IMG/VR virus record: IMGVR_UViG_3300020156_000447
Reading direction: 5' to 3' (one strand)
Length of the DNA stretch: 64,000 bases
Source of the DNA: a virus
Lineage: Duplodnaviria; Caudoviricetes
The notes below the pieces were generated by a model that worked only from the letters and a program-made list of their open reading frames with translations, did not search any database and had not been told where the DNA came from. The translations under genes were made by a program, and so were the position numbers. Positions 1 through 9,541 of the stretch are shown here, piece by piece. Position 1 is the first letter of the stretch. Every line of letters starts with the position of its first letter.

Positions 1-1668
1 ACCATTGGCATCAGCCACTGTAACTTCGAAAGCACCGTCCTTATTGGCCATTCCCGGATTCGCTTTTTCTGCGAACTCTGGGGAAACCAAGTAAGCTTCC
101 ATTGTCGGCTTGTCTGATCCCGACGACAGGGCGGCGCGCATGCGGTTGACGATGCCTGCGGTATCTTTGTCGCGCTGATTCAGGTCGGAAAGCATGCGCG
201 AATGCTCTGCCTCGAAAGCTTCCATCCCAGGAACATTCAGAGGAACGTCCTGCACAGTTTTCAAGGACCCCGCACGATAGTAAGCCGAGTTGAGTAGCTG
301 GCGTGCGCGTGCGACCCCGCTGGCCACGGTCTGGGAAGCTGCGCCACCCGCCGCGCCAAGTGCAGTGCCGATACCAGCCATCGTGACCGCCTCTGCAGGG
401 TCATCTGTGGCCGCCGCAAAAGGCATCGACCACGCGGTGCCGTGGGCCGCGCCGCGGGCTGTTGCGCCCAATCCTTTGACCACCGCATCAGAACCTAAAA
501 CCTTCGCTGCAAAATCGGTGGCACCGACCGCGCCGCGGGCTGCAAGCTTTGTTCCCAAGGAAGCCAGAATGCTCGGTCCAGGGTTACCCGTGACGACAGA
601 CAACACTGTTGCCGGGACGGCGGCGGCGTGGACCAGCGGGGTTTTTTGGACAAGGTCGCGACCCTTGTCAGCACCTTTTTGCATCAGTCCCGCGGTCGAG
701 CGAATGAACCTCTCGGCTGCGCCTTCGGTCGCTGCGGTCCCGATTGTCTTCCCCGCGGCGTTAACTAACTGCATGCCGCCGTTGGCTGCTTTTACTGCGC
801 GAAGTCCCGCGAGAAAAGGCACCCACAGCGTGGGGTCCGACAGGATAGCGGCTCCGCCGATGACCTTGGGGTCTAACTCAATTCCTTCCTTTGCAAGCGT
901 CTCTGCATCGAGACCGGTAAGTTCACCGTAGACGCCTTGTCCTTGGGCGGTTTTACCGACCTGTTCACGGGCGGCGGCATCGTCGAAAAAGCGTTTGAGG
1001 TTGTCTTCAGGGAGCGCGAACGAGCCTGGGTCCATGATGTCGGCTTGAACCCGCTTGCCGAGCACCTTGTCAGCGACAGCTTCGCTGACTCCGACTTTGT
1101 TGAGAATCCCGCGTTCGACTTCGTCATTAACGAGAGTGCGGATGCCGCTGCGTGCCAGTCCGGCAAACCCCGTTGCCATCGTCTCCACGCCGCCCAGGGC
1201 TTCGCCGAGCTTCTTTTTGCCAACCGCAAGGGCAGCCTCCAGGGCCGACTTACCCTTACCGGTTTCCTTGGAGTAATCGTTCAGCGCAGCCTGCAGATTG
1301 AGTTCTGAGGCAGCCTTCGCTCCCGACTCGATGAAATGGCCAACTGTCTCGGGCAGCCGAGAAACACCTTCCACCACGGCACCTGCAGTAACACCTTTGG
1401 TGCGGCGGGCCGACGCGATGTTGGCAAGCTTTTCAACTTGCTCGGGTTTCAGATACGACTTGTGCTGATTGTAGAAGTCGTGTGGCTCAAACTTGTAGTT
1501 GGTGGCGAGCCCGTCGACTGACGCCGAATTGAAGAACTGCAAATCCTCGTCAAGTTGACGGTCTTCTGGCGGAGCCTGGAAGGAGGCGTCTTTGTCCGTT
1601 TCAGGGACCTGAAACGGACTGTTTGTAGCGGTGGGTTCGCGATCCTCGACAGGTATTTCAAAAGCCAT
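1..1668 (-). CDS. Large internal virion/ejection protein, N-terminal part (runs off left edge)
   Basis: Absent from ORF track because no stop lies in the window. ATG at 1668 (MAFEIPVEDREPTATNSPF...); translated by hand over roughly the first 270 codons and the last 20, all open. Ala/Gly-rich helical; last gene of the ejection cluster. Confidence 0.7.
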   Translation of the reverse strand, partial: MAFEIPVEDREPTATNSPFQVPETDKDASFQAPPEDRQLDEDLQFFNSASVDGLATNYKFEPHDFYNQHKSYLKPEQVEKLANIASARRTKGVTAGAVVEGVSRLPETVGHFIESGAKAASELNLQAALNDYSKETGKGKSALEAALAVGKKKLGEALGGVETMATGFAGLARSGIRTLVNDEVERGILNKVGVSEAVADKVLGKRVQADIMDPGSFALPEDNLKRFFDDAAAREQVGKTAQGQGVYGELTGLDAETLAKEGIELDPKVIGGAAILSDPTLWVPFLAGLRAVKAANGGMQLVNAAGKTIGTAATEGAAERFIRSTAGLMQKGADKGRDLVQKTPLVHAAAVPATVLSVVTGNPGPSILASLGTKLAARGAVGATDFAAKVLGSDAVVKGLGATARGAAHGTAWSMPFAAATDDPAEAVTMAGIGTALGAAGGAASQTVASGVARARQLLNSAYYRAGSLKTVQDVPLNVPGMEAFEAEHSRMLSDLNQRDKDTAGIVNRMRAALSSGSDKPTMEAYLVSPEFAEKANPGMANKDGAFEVTVADANG

Positions 1669-1681
1669 AAGTCTAAAAGTG

Positions 1682-1714
1682 ATATGTGAAGTGGGAGGCC
1701 CTCGCGTCAACCGG
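1682..1714 (-). promoter_or_regulatory. Class II promoter (putative phage-sigma)
   Basis: CCGG-TTGACG(1710-1705)-18 nt-CATAT(1686-1682), 13 nt before ATG 1668. Confidence 0.65.
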
Positions 1715-1717
1715 ACC

Positions 1718-1747
1718 TTGACCGGAACGCAAAATAGTTGCTACCCT
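1718..1747 (+). promoter_or_regulatory. Sigma70-like promoter for the small antisense gene
   Basis: TTGACC(1718-1723)-18 nt-TACCCT(1742-1747), 10 nt before ATG 1758. Confidence 0.4.
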
Positions 1748-1757
1748 GGATCGTTTT

Positions 1758-1937
1758 ATGGCTACCAGCTACACCCCCAAGTCAGGCCCGGAAGCAGAGG
1801 CGCGAATGCGCGCCAAGAGCTCCTACCCCGAGGCAAAGCGCACATCACCCAAAACCAGCCCCCTGTCGGGCTGGGAATGGCTGGGGGCGCTGCTTGCGGT
1901 CCTCGGATTCATTTTCGTCCTTGTCCGATACCGTTAA
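1758..1937 (+). CDS. 59-aa membrane protein, opposite strand within the ejection cluster
   Basis: Hand-translated MATSYTPKSGPEAEARMRAKSSYPEAKRTSPKTSPLSGWEWLGALLAVLGFIFVLVRYR*; single C-terminal TM helix; fills the intergenic gap; stop overlaps the convergent stop at 1934. Confidence 0.6.
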   Translation: MATSYTPKSGPEAEARMRAKSSYPEAKRTSPKTSPLSGWEWLGALLAVLGFIFVLVRYR

Positions 1938-3217
1938 CGCCGAGTCGCTGTTTCGCCCGACTCCGTTCGGTAACGCGTGCCGATAGGCAGGTTTTGCCGG
2001 TCTGCAGCGGTGCGGACTAAGGGGAGGGACGTGATGTCCTCTGCAGCCGGGCGCGCTGCAGGAGGGGCCTCGGACGGTGCTTCGCCTACGGAACTCTTGC
2101 GCGCTGCCAATGCATTGCGCAGAGTCTGCTGAGCCTTCGTCAGAGTCGCGATCCAGACCTCTTCGTCGTCAGGGATTTGAACAACGGCCGCCTTGATGAA
2201 TTCCAACTCACGATTCGACAGCGCACCCTTCAAAATCTGGGTCTTTTCTGCCGTGAGGTTGTTCACGAACTTCTCGGCCTCTGTCTGCAAAATACGACGC
2301 TTTCTGGCGTCCTCACTTCCAAGGATGGCCAGGCCGCTGTTCACGCCGCGAGCAACAGGACTTCCGACTCCGGCACCGAAAATGTTCATTCCGTCGCCTT
2401 TGCCTTCCTCCGCTGCCTTGCTGGCTTTGGCGAGTTCGATCATGCGAGTCATGTCCGCGTCCATGGACTCCGCAAGAACGATTGCCTGCTCTTGCTCGGC
2501 TTTTTGTGCTGCTGTAAGGGGTTTGTCTTCGGCCACGGTTCGGACCTTTGCGACCGCCTGGGTAAGCTCCCCGACCGACTTAACGGAACCGTCCGGATTG
2601 TAAGCTGCATCGGGATAACCCGCTTTCGTCAAAGTCCCGACAAGATCGTGTTGTGCCGGAGTAAGGGATGTCTTCGACCTCATGGAGTTGATTTGCAGGT
2701 CGGAGTAAGTGTTGCTTCGCTTGCGCGAGTCCTCTGACAACGTATCCAATTCCGATGTCATAAGTTCCAGGTCAAGCGTCCCATCGGCCTTCACCTGGGG
2801 CGGTTTACCGGTAGATTTCGTGTAGAGTTCAGCAATGCGGAATGGGTCGGCCATGGCCCGTCCCAAATCGCTCTCCGCGACGTCGTTCGATTTGATACGC
2901 AAATCCAAATCGTCGAGGATAGCCGCTGTTTTCTTCGGCAAAACCTGGAGCTCCGAATCCAACCGGGCGTTGGTGGCTTCCTTCGCTTTCGGCATGATCT
3001 CGATGCGGTCTTTCGACGCCAAAATTTCCTCGTCAGCGAGTTGTCGGCGCGCTGAGTCGGTTTTGGCCTTGGTGAACATGCTGTTGATTTGGTCAAAATT
3101 GATCGCCCCTTGCTGGAACGCTTGAGCTAAAAGCTGCAGCGCAGGCGTCGTGCTGGAACGCGCCGGTAAGGCGAGCTGCGGATTGATCGTTGCGCCGGAA
3201 TGACTTGTTGGGAGCAT
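1934..3217 (-). CDS. Ejection/internal virion protein
   Basis: Helical Ala/Glu/Lys-rich ORF in ejection-gene position; ATG 3217 (MLPTSHSG) follows upstream stop at 3222. Confidence 0.6.
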   Translation of the reverse strand: MLPTSHSGATINPQLALPARSSTTPALQLLAQAFQQGAINFDQINSMFTKAKTDSARRQLADEEILASKDRIEIMPKAKEATNARLDSELQVLPKKTAAILDDLDLRIKSNDVAESDLGRAMADPFRIAELYTKSTGKPPQVKADGTLDLELMTSELDTLSEDSRKRSNTYSDLQINSMRSKTSLTPAQHDLVGTLTKAGYPDAAYNPDGSVKSVGELTQAVAKVRTVAEDKPLTAAQKAEQEQAIVLAESMDADMTRMIELAKASKAAEEGKGDGMNIFGAGVGSPVARGVNSGLAILGSEDARKRRILQTEAEKFVNNLTAEKTQILKGALSNRELEFIKAAVVQIPDDEEVWIATLTKAQQTLRNALAARKSSVGEAPSEAPPAARPAAEDITSLPLVRTAADRQNLPIGTRYRTESGETATRR

Positions 3218-3221
3218 AAAA

Positions 3222-4310
3222 TTATTGGTAGAGTGCCTGCGTGCTGTAGAATTGGTTCCACTGCTGCGGGGAGCGCGAGATTTGCATACCTCCATTAGGG
3301 GTCGCAGAGTAACTCCCATAGGCGTTACTCATTTGCTGACCACCTCCGCCCATAAGGCCGCTGATCCACGAAGAGCCTCCGCCGGTGCCGCCTCCGCCGA
3401 CCATGCCGCCCATACCGCCTCCGCCACCCATCATTCCGGTAACTCCGCTTGCGACGGCGCTGGTCATCTGGGAATACATCTGCCCCTCGGCCAGCCGCTT
3501 TTGAGCTTTGATGTCACCGAGCCCCAACGTCTGCTGGTTCTTCAGGTTAATATTCTGCAGACTGAGATTCACTGCATCGGCACCGGTCAAACCAATTGCC
3601 GGGACGGTCGCATTACCGATTGTGAGAGCTCCGGTCGCACGCTGTCCTTTAGCGGTCCGAAGGTTGTTGTCCATCACTGCGAGCTCCTGCAAAACGGCGG
3701 CGCGACGACCGCGCAACGACTCAGCAGCCCCCAGGTTGGTTCGGGCGTTATTTTCGCGGCGCTCCTTCAGGTCCAGCCCTGCAGAACCGACGAGTTGGCG
3801 AATTGACGTGCCAGCCGCGCCCCGCCCGTCAATCGATTCGCCGCGTGTTCCAGCGCCTTCAAGACCGGCCTTGATGAGTTCGGCTTGGAACTCCGGAGGC
3901 AAGGTTGCACCTGCGTCCAGGTCTTCTTTTGCTCGCTGAACAAGCGCATCGATAAAACTCTGGTTCGCTTCTCCCTCTGCAAAAGCGTAGTCCCCGACTT
4001 GGCGCATAGCCCTGTCGCTGAGAGAACCTCCGTCGCTATCCTCGGCGAGAAGTCGCAAAATGGCTTGTGCGCCGCGGTCGCGTAGCGCTGCGTATTGCGG
4101 ATCAATTTCGCGCTGGACTTCGAACTGTCGTCGATAGCGGTCCGTGTCGACTTCGGTGGCGCGGTCGAGCTGCTGGTCGATGTCGATGAATTGAAGCCCG
4201 TTCAGGGCTTTTTCCTGCGCATCGAGAGCCGCGTCGTTCGCGTCCCATTGCAAATATGCGCCACCGGCTGCGGCGGCGATGCCAACTACTGCGGCTGCGA
4301 TAACTCCCAT
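3222..4310 (-). CDS. Ejection (pilot-type) protein
   Basis: Hydrophobic N-terminus MGVIAAAVVGIAAAAGGAYL and Gly/Met-rich C-terminus, typical of podovirus pilot proteins. Confidence 0.65.
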   Translation of the reverse strand: MGVIAAAVVGIAAAAGGAYLQWDANDAALDAQEKALNGLQFIDIDQQLDRATEVDTDRYRRQFEVQREIDPQYAALRDRGAQAILRLLAEDSDGGSLSDRAMRQVGDYAFAEGEANQSFIDALVQRAKEDLDAGATLPPEFQAELIKAGLEGAGTRGESIDGRGAAGTSIRQLVGSAGLDLKERRENNARTNLGAAESLRGRRAAVLQELAVMDNNLRTAKGQRATGALTIGNATVPAIGLTGADAVNLSLQNINLKNQQTLGLGDIKAQKRLAEGQMYSQMTSAVASGVTGMMGGGGGMGGMVGGGGTGGGSSWISGLMGGGGQQMSNAYGSYSATPNGGMQISRSPQQWNQFYSTQALYQ

Positions 4311-4321
4311 ACTATTCTCCT

Positions 4322-4855
4322 TTAAAACTTGTCTGGCCGAACATTCACACCGAAGGTGCGCAACATCTGCCACCGCTCATGCGGAAATTCCACCCCCGGG
4401 ACGCACCAAGCCCAAATCGCCCGGATCGTCTCCTCCTGGTCCAATGCGGAGAAGCGAACCTTCAACGTGCGATCCTCGGGCAAAAGTGTTTTGGCCCGTT
4501 TGACCATCAAGTCGATATAGCGGAACACCTTGCTCAGGTCGGCCTCCTTTTTAGGGGCTCCCGGGTAAGGATATTTGCCAAAATAATCCCGATAACTCAC
4601 TCGACACTGTTCAATTGGACGTTCAACAAACACCCATCGGGCTTCAGGAAAGCGCTCAAGCCAGGTAGGCAACCTCAGCAGCATCGACGAGTCCGAGTTG
4701 CCAACCAACGGTGCCGGGCGGGTCTCCGAAACCTTTTTGAGGTTCGGGTCCAACCGGAGTCCGTCGTGATAACAAAACGACGGACCGTAAGTTAGCAGAT
4801 TCGCTAACCAAGCAGTCCGGCTGCGAGGAGTTCCCGTGATGAAATAGGTGCTCAA
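4322..4855 (-). CDS. Sulfotransferase-like P-loop protein
   Basis: YFITGTPRSRTAWLANLL (5'-PSB-like loop), later GNSDS and FVERPIEQCRVS; probable TTG start at 4855 overlapping the upstream TGA. Confidence 0.65.
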   Translation of the reverse strand: MSTYFITGTPRSRTAWLANLLTYGPSFCYHDGLRLDPNLKKVSETRPAPLVGNSDSSMLLRLPTWLERFPEARWVFVERPIEQCRVSYRDYFGKYPYPGAPKKEADLSKVFRYIDLMVKRAKTLLPEDRTLKVRFSALDQEETIRAIWAWCVPGVEFPHERWQMLRTFGVNVRPDKF

Positions 4856-5400
4856 AGTTGCCTGTAAATCAGATCGGACCACGCCATAAGTCGTCCGGCC
4901 ACCAAAATCATGGGCGACAGCGGTGCCGGAATCCCGAGCACAATCGCGGTCGTCGCCGTGTATGCAGACGGGTTCGGGTAGATGTTCTTCCCGGCCGAGT
5001 GTAATACATGAGTAACTTGCTCAAGTTTCAAGTTTGCGTCGGTCCAATGCTCTGCCAACAGGTTTCTGACCTTCTCCCAAATCGGGTCTCGCGCCTCGGT
5101 GAATGAAGACCCCCATCCGGGCACTTTCATTTTCAGCTCCAACATCTGGACGGCCATACCTGCGGGGTCCGGCTGGCTCAACAGCGATACGGTCTGCGGG
5201 ATTGGCCCATGGGGTCCGCCAAAACAGTTCAGCCCGGCTGAAAGAGCCCTCAAGTAGTCTTGAGAGCCCGCGGCGGCTTGTGCGATCACTACGGCGCTCG
5301 GATTGTTCCGAAACGTCGAGAAGTGGTGCGCGCGCATCACCTCCGACCAGAGTTTTAACTCCTTTTCATCGAGTGGCTCCTTTCTCCAAAACGGGATCAT
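4852..5400 (-). CDS. Truncated citrate synthase / citryl-CoA lyase-like protein
   Basis: Motifs GGPHG, KVPGWGS, RDP, IYPNPS, GRLMAW correspond to GxLHG, xPGFGH, DPR, YPNVD, RxxGW; ATG 5400 lies 12 nt after a class II promoter. Confidence 0.65.
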   Translation of the reverse strand: MIPFWRKEPLDEKELKLWSEVMRAHHFSTFRNNPSAVVIAQAAAGSQDYLRALSAGLNCFGGPHGPIPQTVSLLSQPDPAGMAVQMLELKMKVPGWGSSFTEARDPIWEKVRNLLAEHWTDANLKLEQVTHVLHSAGKNIYPNPSAYTATTAIVLGIPAPLSPMILVAGRLMAWSDLIYRQL

Positions 5401-5412
5401 GTTCCTAACATG

Positions 5413-5445
5413 ATATGGCGACGGAGCCACCCTTCCGTCAACCAA
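5413..5445 (-). promoter_or_regulatory. Class II promoter for the CS-like/sulfotransferase-like/ejection unit
   Basis: TTGG-TTGACG(5441-5436)-18 nt-CATAT(5417-5413). Confidence 0.6.
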
Positions 5446-6328
5446 CTCCGAAATAGAATTTGATTTTCCACTTGGACGACGTGATTGCCAGAGACAACGT
5501 GCCGTCTGTTTTCCCTCGGACTGACGGCAAGCGACCCAGTCTCAACCCAATTTTTGTTGAGTTGCGGAAAAACGTGCTGCCGTTGTTGGACACGTCCTGG
5601 GAGTTCACGGACATCGCCAGATCGACTTCGTCACCGGGCTGCCACTGCCGGTCTTCTTCCTTGCACACCAAGACGGGCACAAAATAGGTCGGGATGCGAC
5701 CCAATCCGTGCTCGACCTCGATGACGGAGTCTACAGCTACGGCCTGCTCGGCGCTTGCCTTGATCCAGTGCCCCCAGCGAGCGGTGCCGCCGTCGCCGGA
5801 CATCTGCATCACCTCGTAAGGTGCCCCGCGTTCGAACTTATTGATTGGAAGATCGTTTCCAAGAAGAGAGCCGACAATTTCACCGGGCTTGACTTTTTCG
5901 CGGGTGACTGCCTGGTCCTGGAGGTGCGCCGTCGTAATTACTCCAGGCTGCAATTCCTTCGGCTGGGCAACCCAACCTGAGGACGACCCGGCCCACCAGA
6001 AAAACCCTACGATTGTGCTGCCCGAGGTCTTGAGCCAGATCGCATACTCGCCCTCTTCATCCGGAGCCGCATCGCCGATGTGAATCTGCGGAGTGTAGGA
6101 CTCCGAAATATCCAGCGGAACATATCCTGGGACTTCCTCATCCCACACGAACCACTTCTTCCCACCTTTAAGCCAGGGGCCTTGATTCGAGCCGGGCGCA
6201 ACGTCGCTGATGACAAAACTCAGCCCGTCGCTCGTGACTTTAAGACGGTCCAAAAATGCCTCCAGCCATTGCTGGGGCGTGCCTTGGAACGATGCCGGGA
6301 TAGGCGCTGCTTCGATTCGGATACTCAT
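5438..6328 (-). CDS. Tail-associated virion protein
   Basis: 296 aa; ITTAHLQDQAVTREKV repeat-like segment and VEHGLGRIP motif seen in tail proteins; structural operon. Confidence 0.5.
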   Translation of the reverse strand: MSIRIEAAPIPASFQGTPQQWLEAFLDRLKVTSDGLSFVISDVAPGSNQGPWLKGGKKWFVWDEEVPGYVPLDISESYTPQIHIGDAAPDEEGEYAIWLKTSGSTIVGFFWWAGSSSGWVAQPKELQPGVITTAHLQDQAVTREKVKPGEIVGSLLGNDLPINKFERGAPYEVMQMSGDGGTARWGHWIKASAEQAVAVDSVIEVEHGLGRIPTYFVPVLVCKEEDRQWQPGDEVDLAMSVNSQDVSNNGSTFFRNSTKIGLRLGRLPSVRGKTDGTLSLAITSSKWKIKFYFGVG

Positions 6329-6642
6329 GATACAATTCCTGTGAACCGCACTGCGTTAGACGGGTTGCTATTACCCCCGGTGTTATGCGCCAGCACACGG
6401 TAGTAGTTCCCTACCGCGGGTTCTGGGTAGCTCAGCTCGGTAGTGGTCGTGACCACCTGCCAAAGCGTCCCCTCAAGTGTTTGGATGATGTAGCTTGTCG
6501 CCCGCGCTGCCGCTTTCCACACCAAAGCTTCTTCGTCGATACGAACGATTACCGGTTTATCCGGAACCGGGAGGACGATTTGCCCGACGCCGTTAACATC
6601 CAACGGCGGAACGCTGTAGGTCAGTTCGAACGCTTCCCTCAT
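6325..6642 (-). CDS. Small virion protein with Fn3/Ig-like fold
   Basis: VWKAAARATSYII...YYRVLAHNTGGNSNPSN resembles Fn3 strands; 4-nt overlaps with both neighbours. Confidence 0.5.
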   Translation of the reverse strand: MREAFELTYSVPPLDVNGVGQIVLPVPDKPVIVRIDEEALVWKAAARATSYIIQTLEGTLWQVVTTTTELSYPEPAVGNYYRVLAHNTGGNSNPSNAVRFTGIVS

Positions 6643-8594
6643 TCGGCTAACGAGCCTCCCACATATGGCGGCACGGTTGCCGCGAGTTGAAAGTCTGCTC
6701 TGGCTTGCGCGGTTTGCAACGCTCGCTTGTCCGCTTCCGATTGAGAAATAGAAGAAACGACTGCGGCCGATGCACCGACACCGTAATTTTTATAACGCGC
6801 CTCCGCGGACTTGGTTGACGAAAAGATTGTCGGAGCCTCCTGCAGACCCTCTTGGTTGCGGGACGCTGCCCCATCGTAACGCACGAGACCCGCTTCAGTC
6901 TCTGCCTTGTCAGGCATTCCACGGTCCGAGTCAGCAATAGGGTCCATGAAGACACGCAGCGAACGAACCGAGCATTGACCCGAACCTTCGATACGGAACT
7001 GAAAAGCGGTGTCGACTACTTCGCGCTCGCTCTCAGTCGTAAATACGTTTCCGTCGATTCCAGCAGACGACAAGGTGTCTTCGGGGACGTTCTGCAAATC
7101 CTCAGTGCGACCGAATCGAGACTGCGATTTCAGAGCGAACAGTGCCGAGTCTGAACGGAACGACTGACCACCTGAAATATTGCCCTCGGCGGCCCTGAAC
7201 TCACGCTCAGCAAGGGTTTTCCAACGACCGCGACCCACGCCAGCCCAAGAGATTTTCAAGTTCACCTGGCCGTGAATGTCAGACAGCCCATACTCCAAAA
7301 ATCGAAGCTCTTTCGGGCTCACCGGCGCGCCCCCAGTGTATCCTCGCGTCTCAACAACCCACGGAATATCCACGCCGTTGTCGCGGCGTTCGTTCGTGAA
7401 GGCTTCGTAGACCCGGTTCTGACCGTCGTCATCGACTGAGGCACAAAACAGGCGTGTGCGACCTGCGATGGTCAGCCTGACCCATTGCACCGGATTGACT
7501 CCCGTCCAAACAGACGACCAGCACGGTGGAAGCGCTTCGTTGGCGAGGTCGTGGGACGTTGCGTCGTGGACCCATGTGTGCCGATTGCGCAGCGACGCAT
7601 GTGGAACACTCACAAGCAGGAAGTTCCCATAGCTGGCTGCCGCTATGCCCGACAAGTCTGGACTCAAACAGCTCTTGCTTCGCGCGAGTTCGTTGTCCAT
7701 GAGATCGATGCGGGACGAGCTTTCAGAAAAAGCTGCTGCATCGAAGTTCACGAGTCCGAACTGCGAATACCACCAGAGCAGCCCGGCGCGCGAGACAATC
7801 GAACGTGCAGAAACGGTGCCGATGTTGGGGAAAATAGTCTGCTGGAATTGTGCGAGCGAGGACCAGGCAGCACGGTTTAGAACGGTCGTTTGGAAAGCCG
7901 TTGTGGTCGAGTTGGTAAACGCGAACAGCGGAGAAAGCTGAAGGCCGGGAGTTGTAGCCATCCCGGTGCAATCGTCTGGAAGCAGATAATAATTAATCCC
8001 GCCGAGCGTATTTGTCTTCTGCTCGATGAAGTTAAGGGGGTCCGCGATGTCGGAAGCAAAGAGTTGAGGGCCGCGCGCCACCCACAGCCGCCCAGATACC
8101 CACTTCATGTGGGTGCCCTGGGGGACTGAGTTTGTCGAAGTCGTGCGATACCCGTCGAAGTAAGCCGCGGGACTTTTCCCGTCCTGCAACATCAACACGC
8201 TTTGCGGGGAAATAAGTTTCAGGGAACCGTCTGGGTTCCGCTCGACCGAACGGGTGGCCTGCTCCGCGAAGACGTGATCTGCGGTCGCCGAAAGCTGATC
8301 TCCTACCACCGCTTGATACGACGTGAATGGGTAGTGAGAGGTATAAACCTTTCCTGCAACAATGGCGATTAAAACGGGCGTGCCAACGCGGGGCGTAAAT
8401 ACAGTCAGGCCCTGCAGTTTGCCTTCCGGCAGCGTGAATCGCTGGCGATAGCCAGGCCGAGTCTGCAATACGCCGCCCCGATTAAGCATGTTGACCGACC
8501 ACGCGTAGCTCTCGGGCAAAAGGGCAGAGGGGTCGGACGCAGAGTCCAACCCGCGGGCGAAGCGCATGTCGCCGTCTTTAATTGCCCCAGTCAT
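6639..8594 (-). CDS. Tail hub / stabilisation protein (P22 gp10 / tubular B-like)
   Basis: 651 aa beta-rich (NMLNRGGVLQTRPG, GRLWVARG, LFASDIADP); follows the adaptor gene. Confidence 0.6.
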   Translation of the reverse strand: MTGAIKDGDMRFARGLDSASDPSALLPESYAWSVNMLNRGGVLQTRPGYRQRFTLPEGKLQGLTVFTPRVGTPVLIAIVAGKVYTSHYPFTSYQAVVGDQLSATADHVFAEQATRSVERNPDGSLKLISPQSVLMLQDGKSPAAYFDGYRTTSTNSVPQGTHMKWVSGRLWVARGPQLFASDIADPLNFIEQKTNTLGGINYYLLPDDCTGMATTPGLQLSPLFAFTNSTTTAFQTTVLNRAAWSSLAQFQQTIFPNIGTVSARSIVSRAGLLWWYSQFGLVNFDAAAFSESSSRIDLMDNELARSKSCLSPDLSGIAAASYGNFLLVSVPHASLRNRHTWVHDATSHDLANEALPPCWSSVWTGVNPVQWVRLTIAGRTRLFCASVDDDGQNRVYEAFTNERRDNGVDIPWVVETRGYTGGAPVSPKELRFLEYGLSDIHGQVNLKISWAGVGRGRWKTLAEREFRAAEGNISGGQSFRSDSALFALKSQSRFGRTEDLQNVPEDTLSSAGIDGNVFTTESEREVVDTAFQFRIEGSGQCSVRSLRVFMDPIADSDRGMPDKAETEAGLVRYDGAASRNQEGLQEAPTIFSSTKSAEARYKNYGVGASAAVVSSISQSEADKRALQTAQARADFQLAATVPPYVGGSLAE

Positions 8595-9541
8595 TATTCG
8601 ATGGAGTCCGAAGGATCGTTCAACGGGGTCGCATCATGAACTTGAATTGGGTGGATGACTGGAGCCGTGCGCGTGTATTGCTCTTCCGACAACCAGCGCA
8701 TTGCCGTCGATTCGAACGCCTCACCGTTTGGAAACTCCCCTGGCGTCGCATATGCCTTCAACGCGCGCAACATCATCAGCACCGCCTGAGAGTTGTGCAG
8801 CGGAATCAAATCCTTTTTGCTGCGGACGACAAACTCACGACGCCGAAAGAAAATCCGAACGAATGCGACGGATTGCGAGATGCGAATGCGCCGGTATCTC
8901 GGGGCCGTCTCATCGGACTGAAAAATACCGAGCAACAGCCCGAAGTTTTCGTCGTTGTCAACCGTCGACAGGCGGACCGGACCCGCGGTGACCGGCTTCC
9001 GGACGCGGGTGATACGGGAGAAGACGGGGGCATCGGCAGGAAGCGCCTGGTAGTTGGGGAACACCGGGACCTTCCAACCGTTTACCCAGGTGTTACCGAC
9101 CTTGGTCCTGACGAGATTGCCGTTGACGTCTTCGCCCTCGACCCAAAGTTCGCAATTGGCGTCCTCTGCCTCTGCACAGAAGCCAATCAGCTTCGACGGA
9201 CATTCAATTTCGCGGTAGACGCAAGCCTCGCCCAGGTCCATCCACTGCCAGGCAAGCTCCGGCCCGCACTCGCCGGGACCGTTGATGTGAAAGCTGAAAA
9301 GCTGGTCACGAGGAATGGCGGGCTGCCCGACCATGTTCACGGCCAGGACAGTTTCGACTTCGCGGGGCAGGGCGATTGTGCGGCCGGAGACGCAGATGTC
9401 GAGAGTCCCCATAAGCGGGTCCCAATCACCTTTGTTCGCCAGCAGTTCGACGGCGTCGGTAATGCGTTTAAACACCACCTGATCGTTGGAGTTACCAACG
9501 ATTTGCCGGGCCTCGTCCCAAATGTTTTCGACCAGAACCAT
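8594..9541 (-). CDS. Head-to-tail adaptor (gp4 / tubular A-like)
   Basis: 315 aa, immediately upstream of tail hub, helical N- and C-termini. Confidence 0.5.
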   Translation of the reverse strand: MVLVENIWDEARQIVGNSNDQVVFKRITDAVELLANKGDWDPLMGTLDICVSGRTIALPREVETVLAVNMVGQPAIPRDQLFSFHINGPGECGPELAWQWMDLGEACVYREIECPSKLIGFCAEAEDANCELWVEGEDVNGNLVRTKVGNTWVNGWKVPVFPNYQALPADAPVFSRITRVRKPVTAGPVRLSTVDNDENFGLLLGIFQSDETAPRYRRIRISQSVAFVRIFFRRREFVVRSKKDLIPLHNSQAVLMMLRALKAYATPGEFPNGEAFESTAMRWLSEEQYTRTAPVIHPIQVHDATPLNDPSDSIE

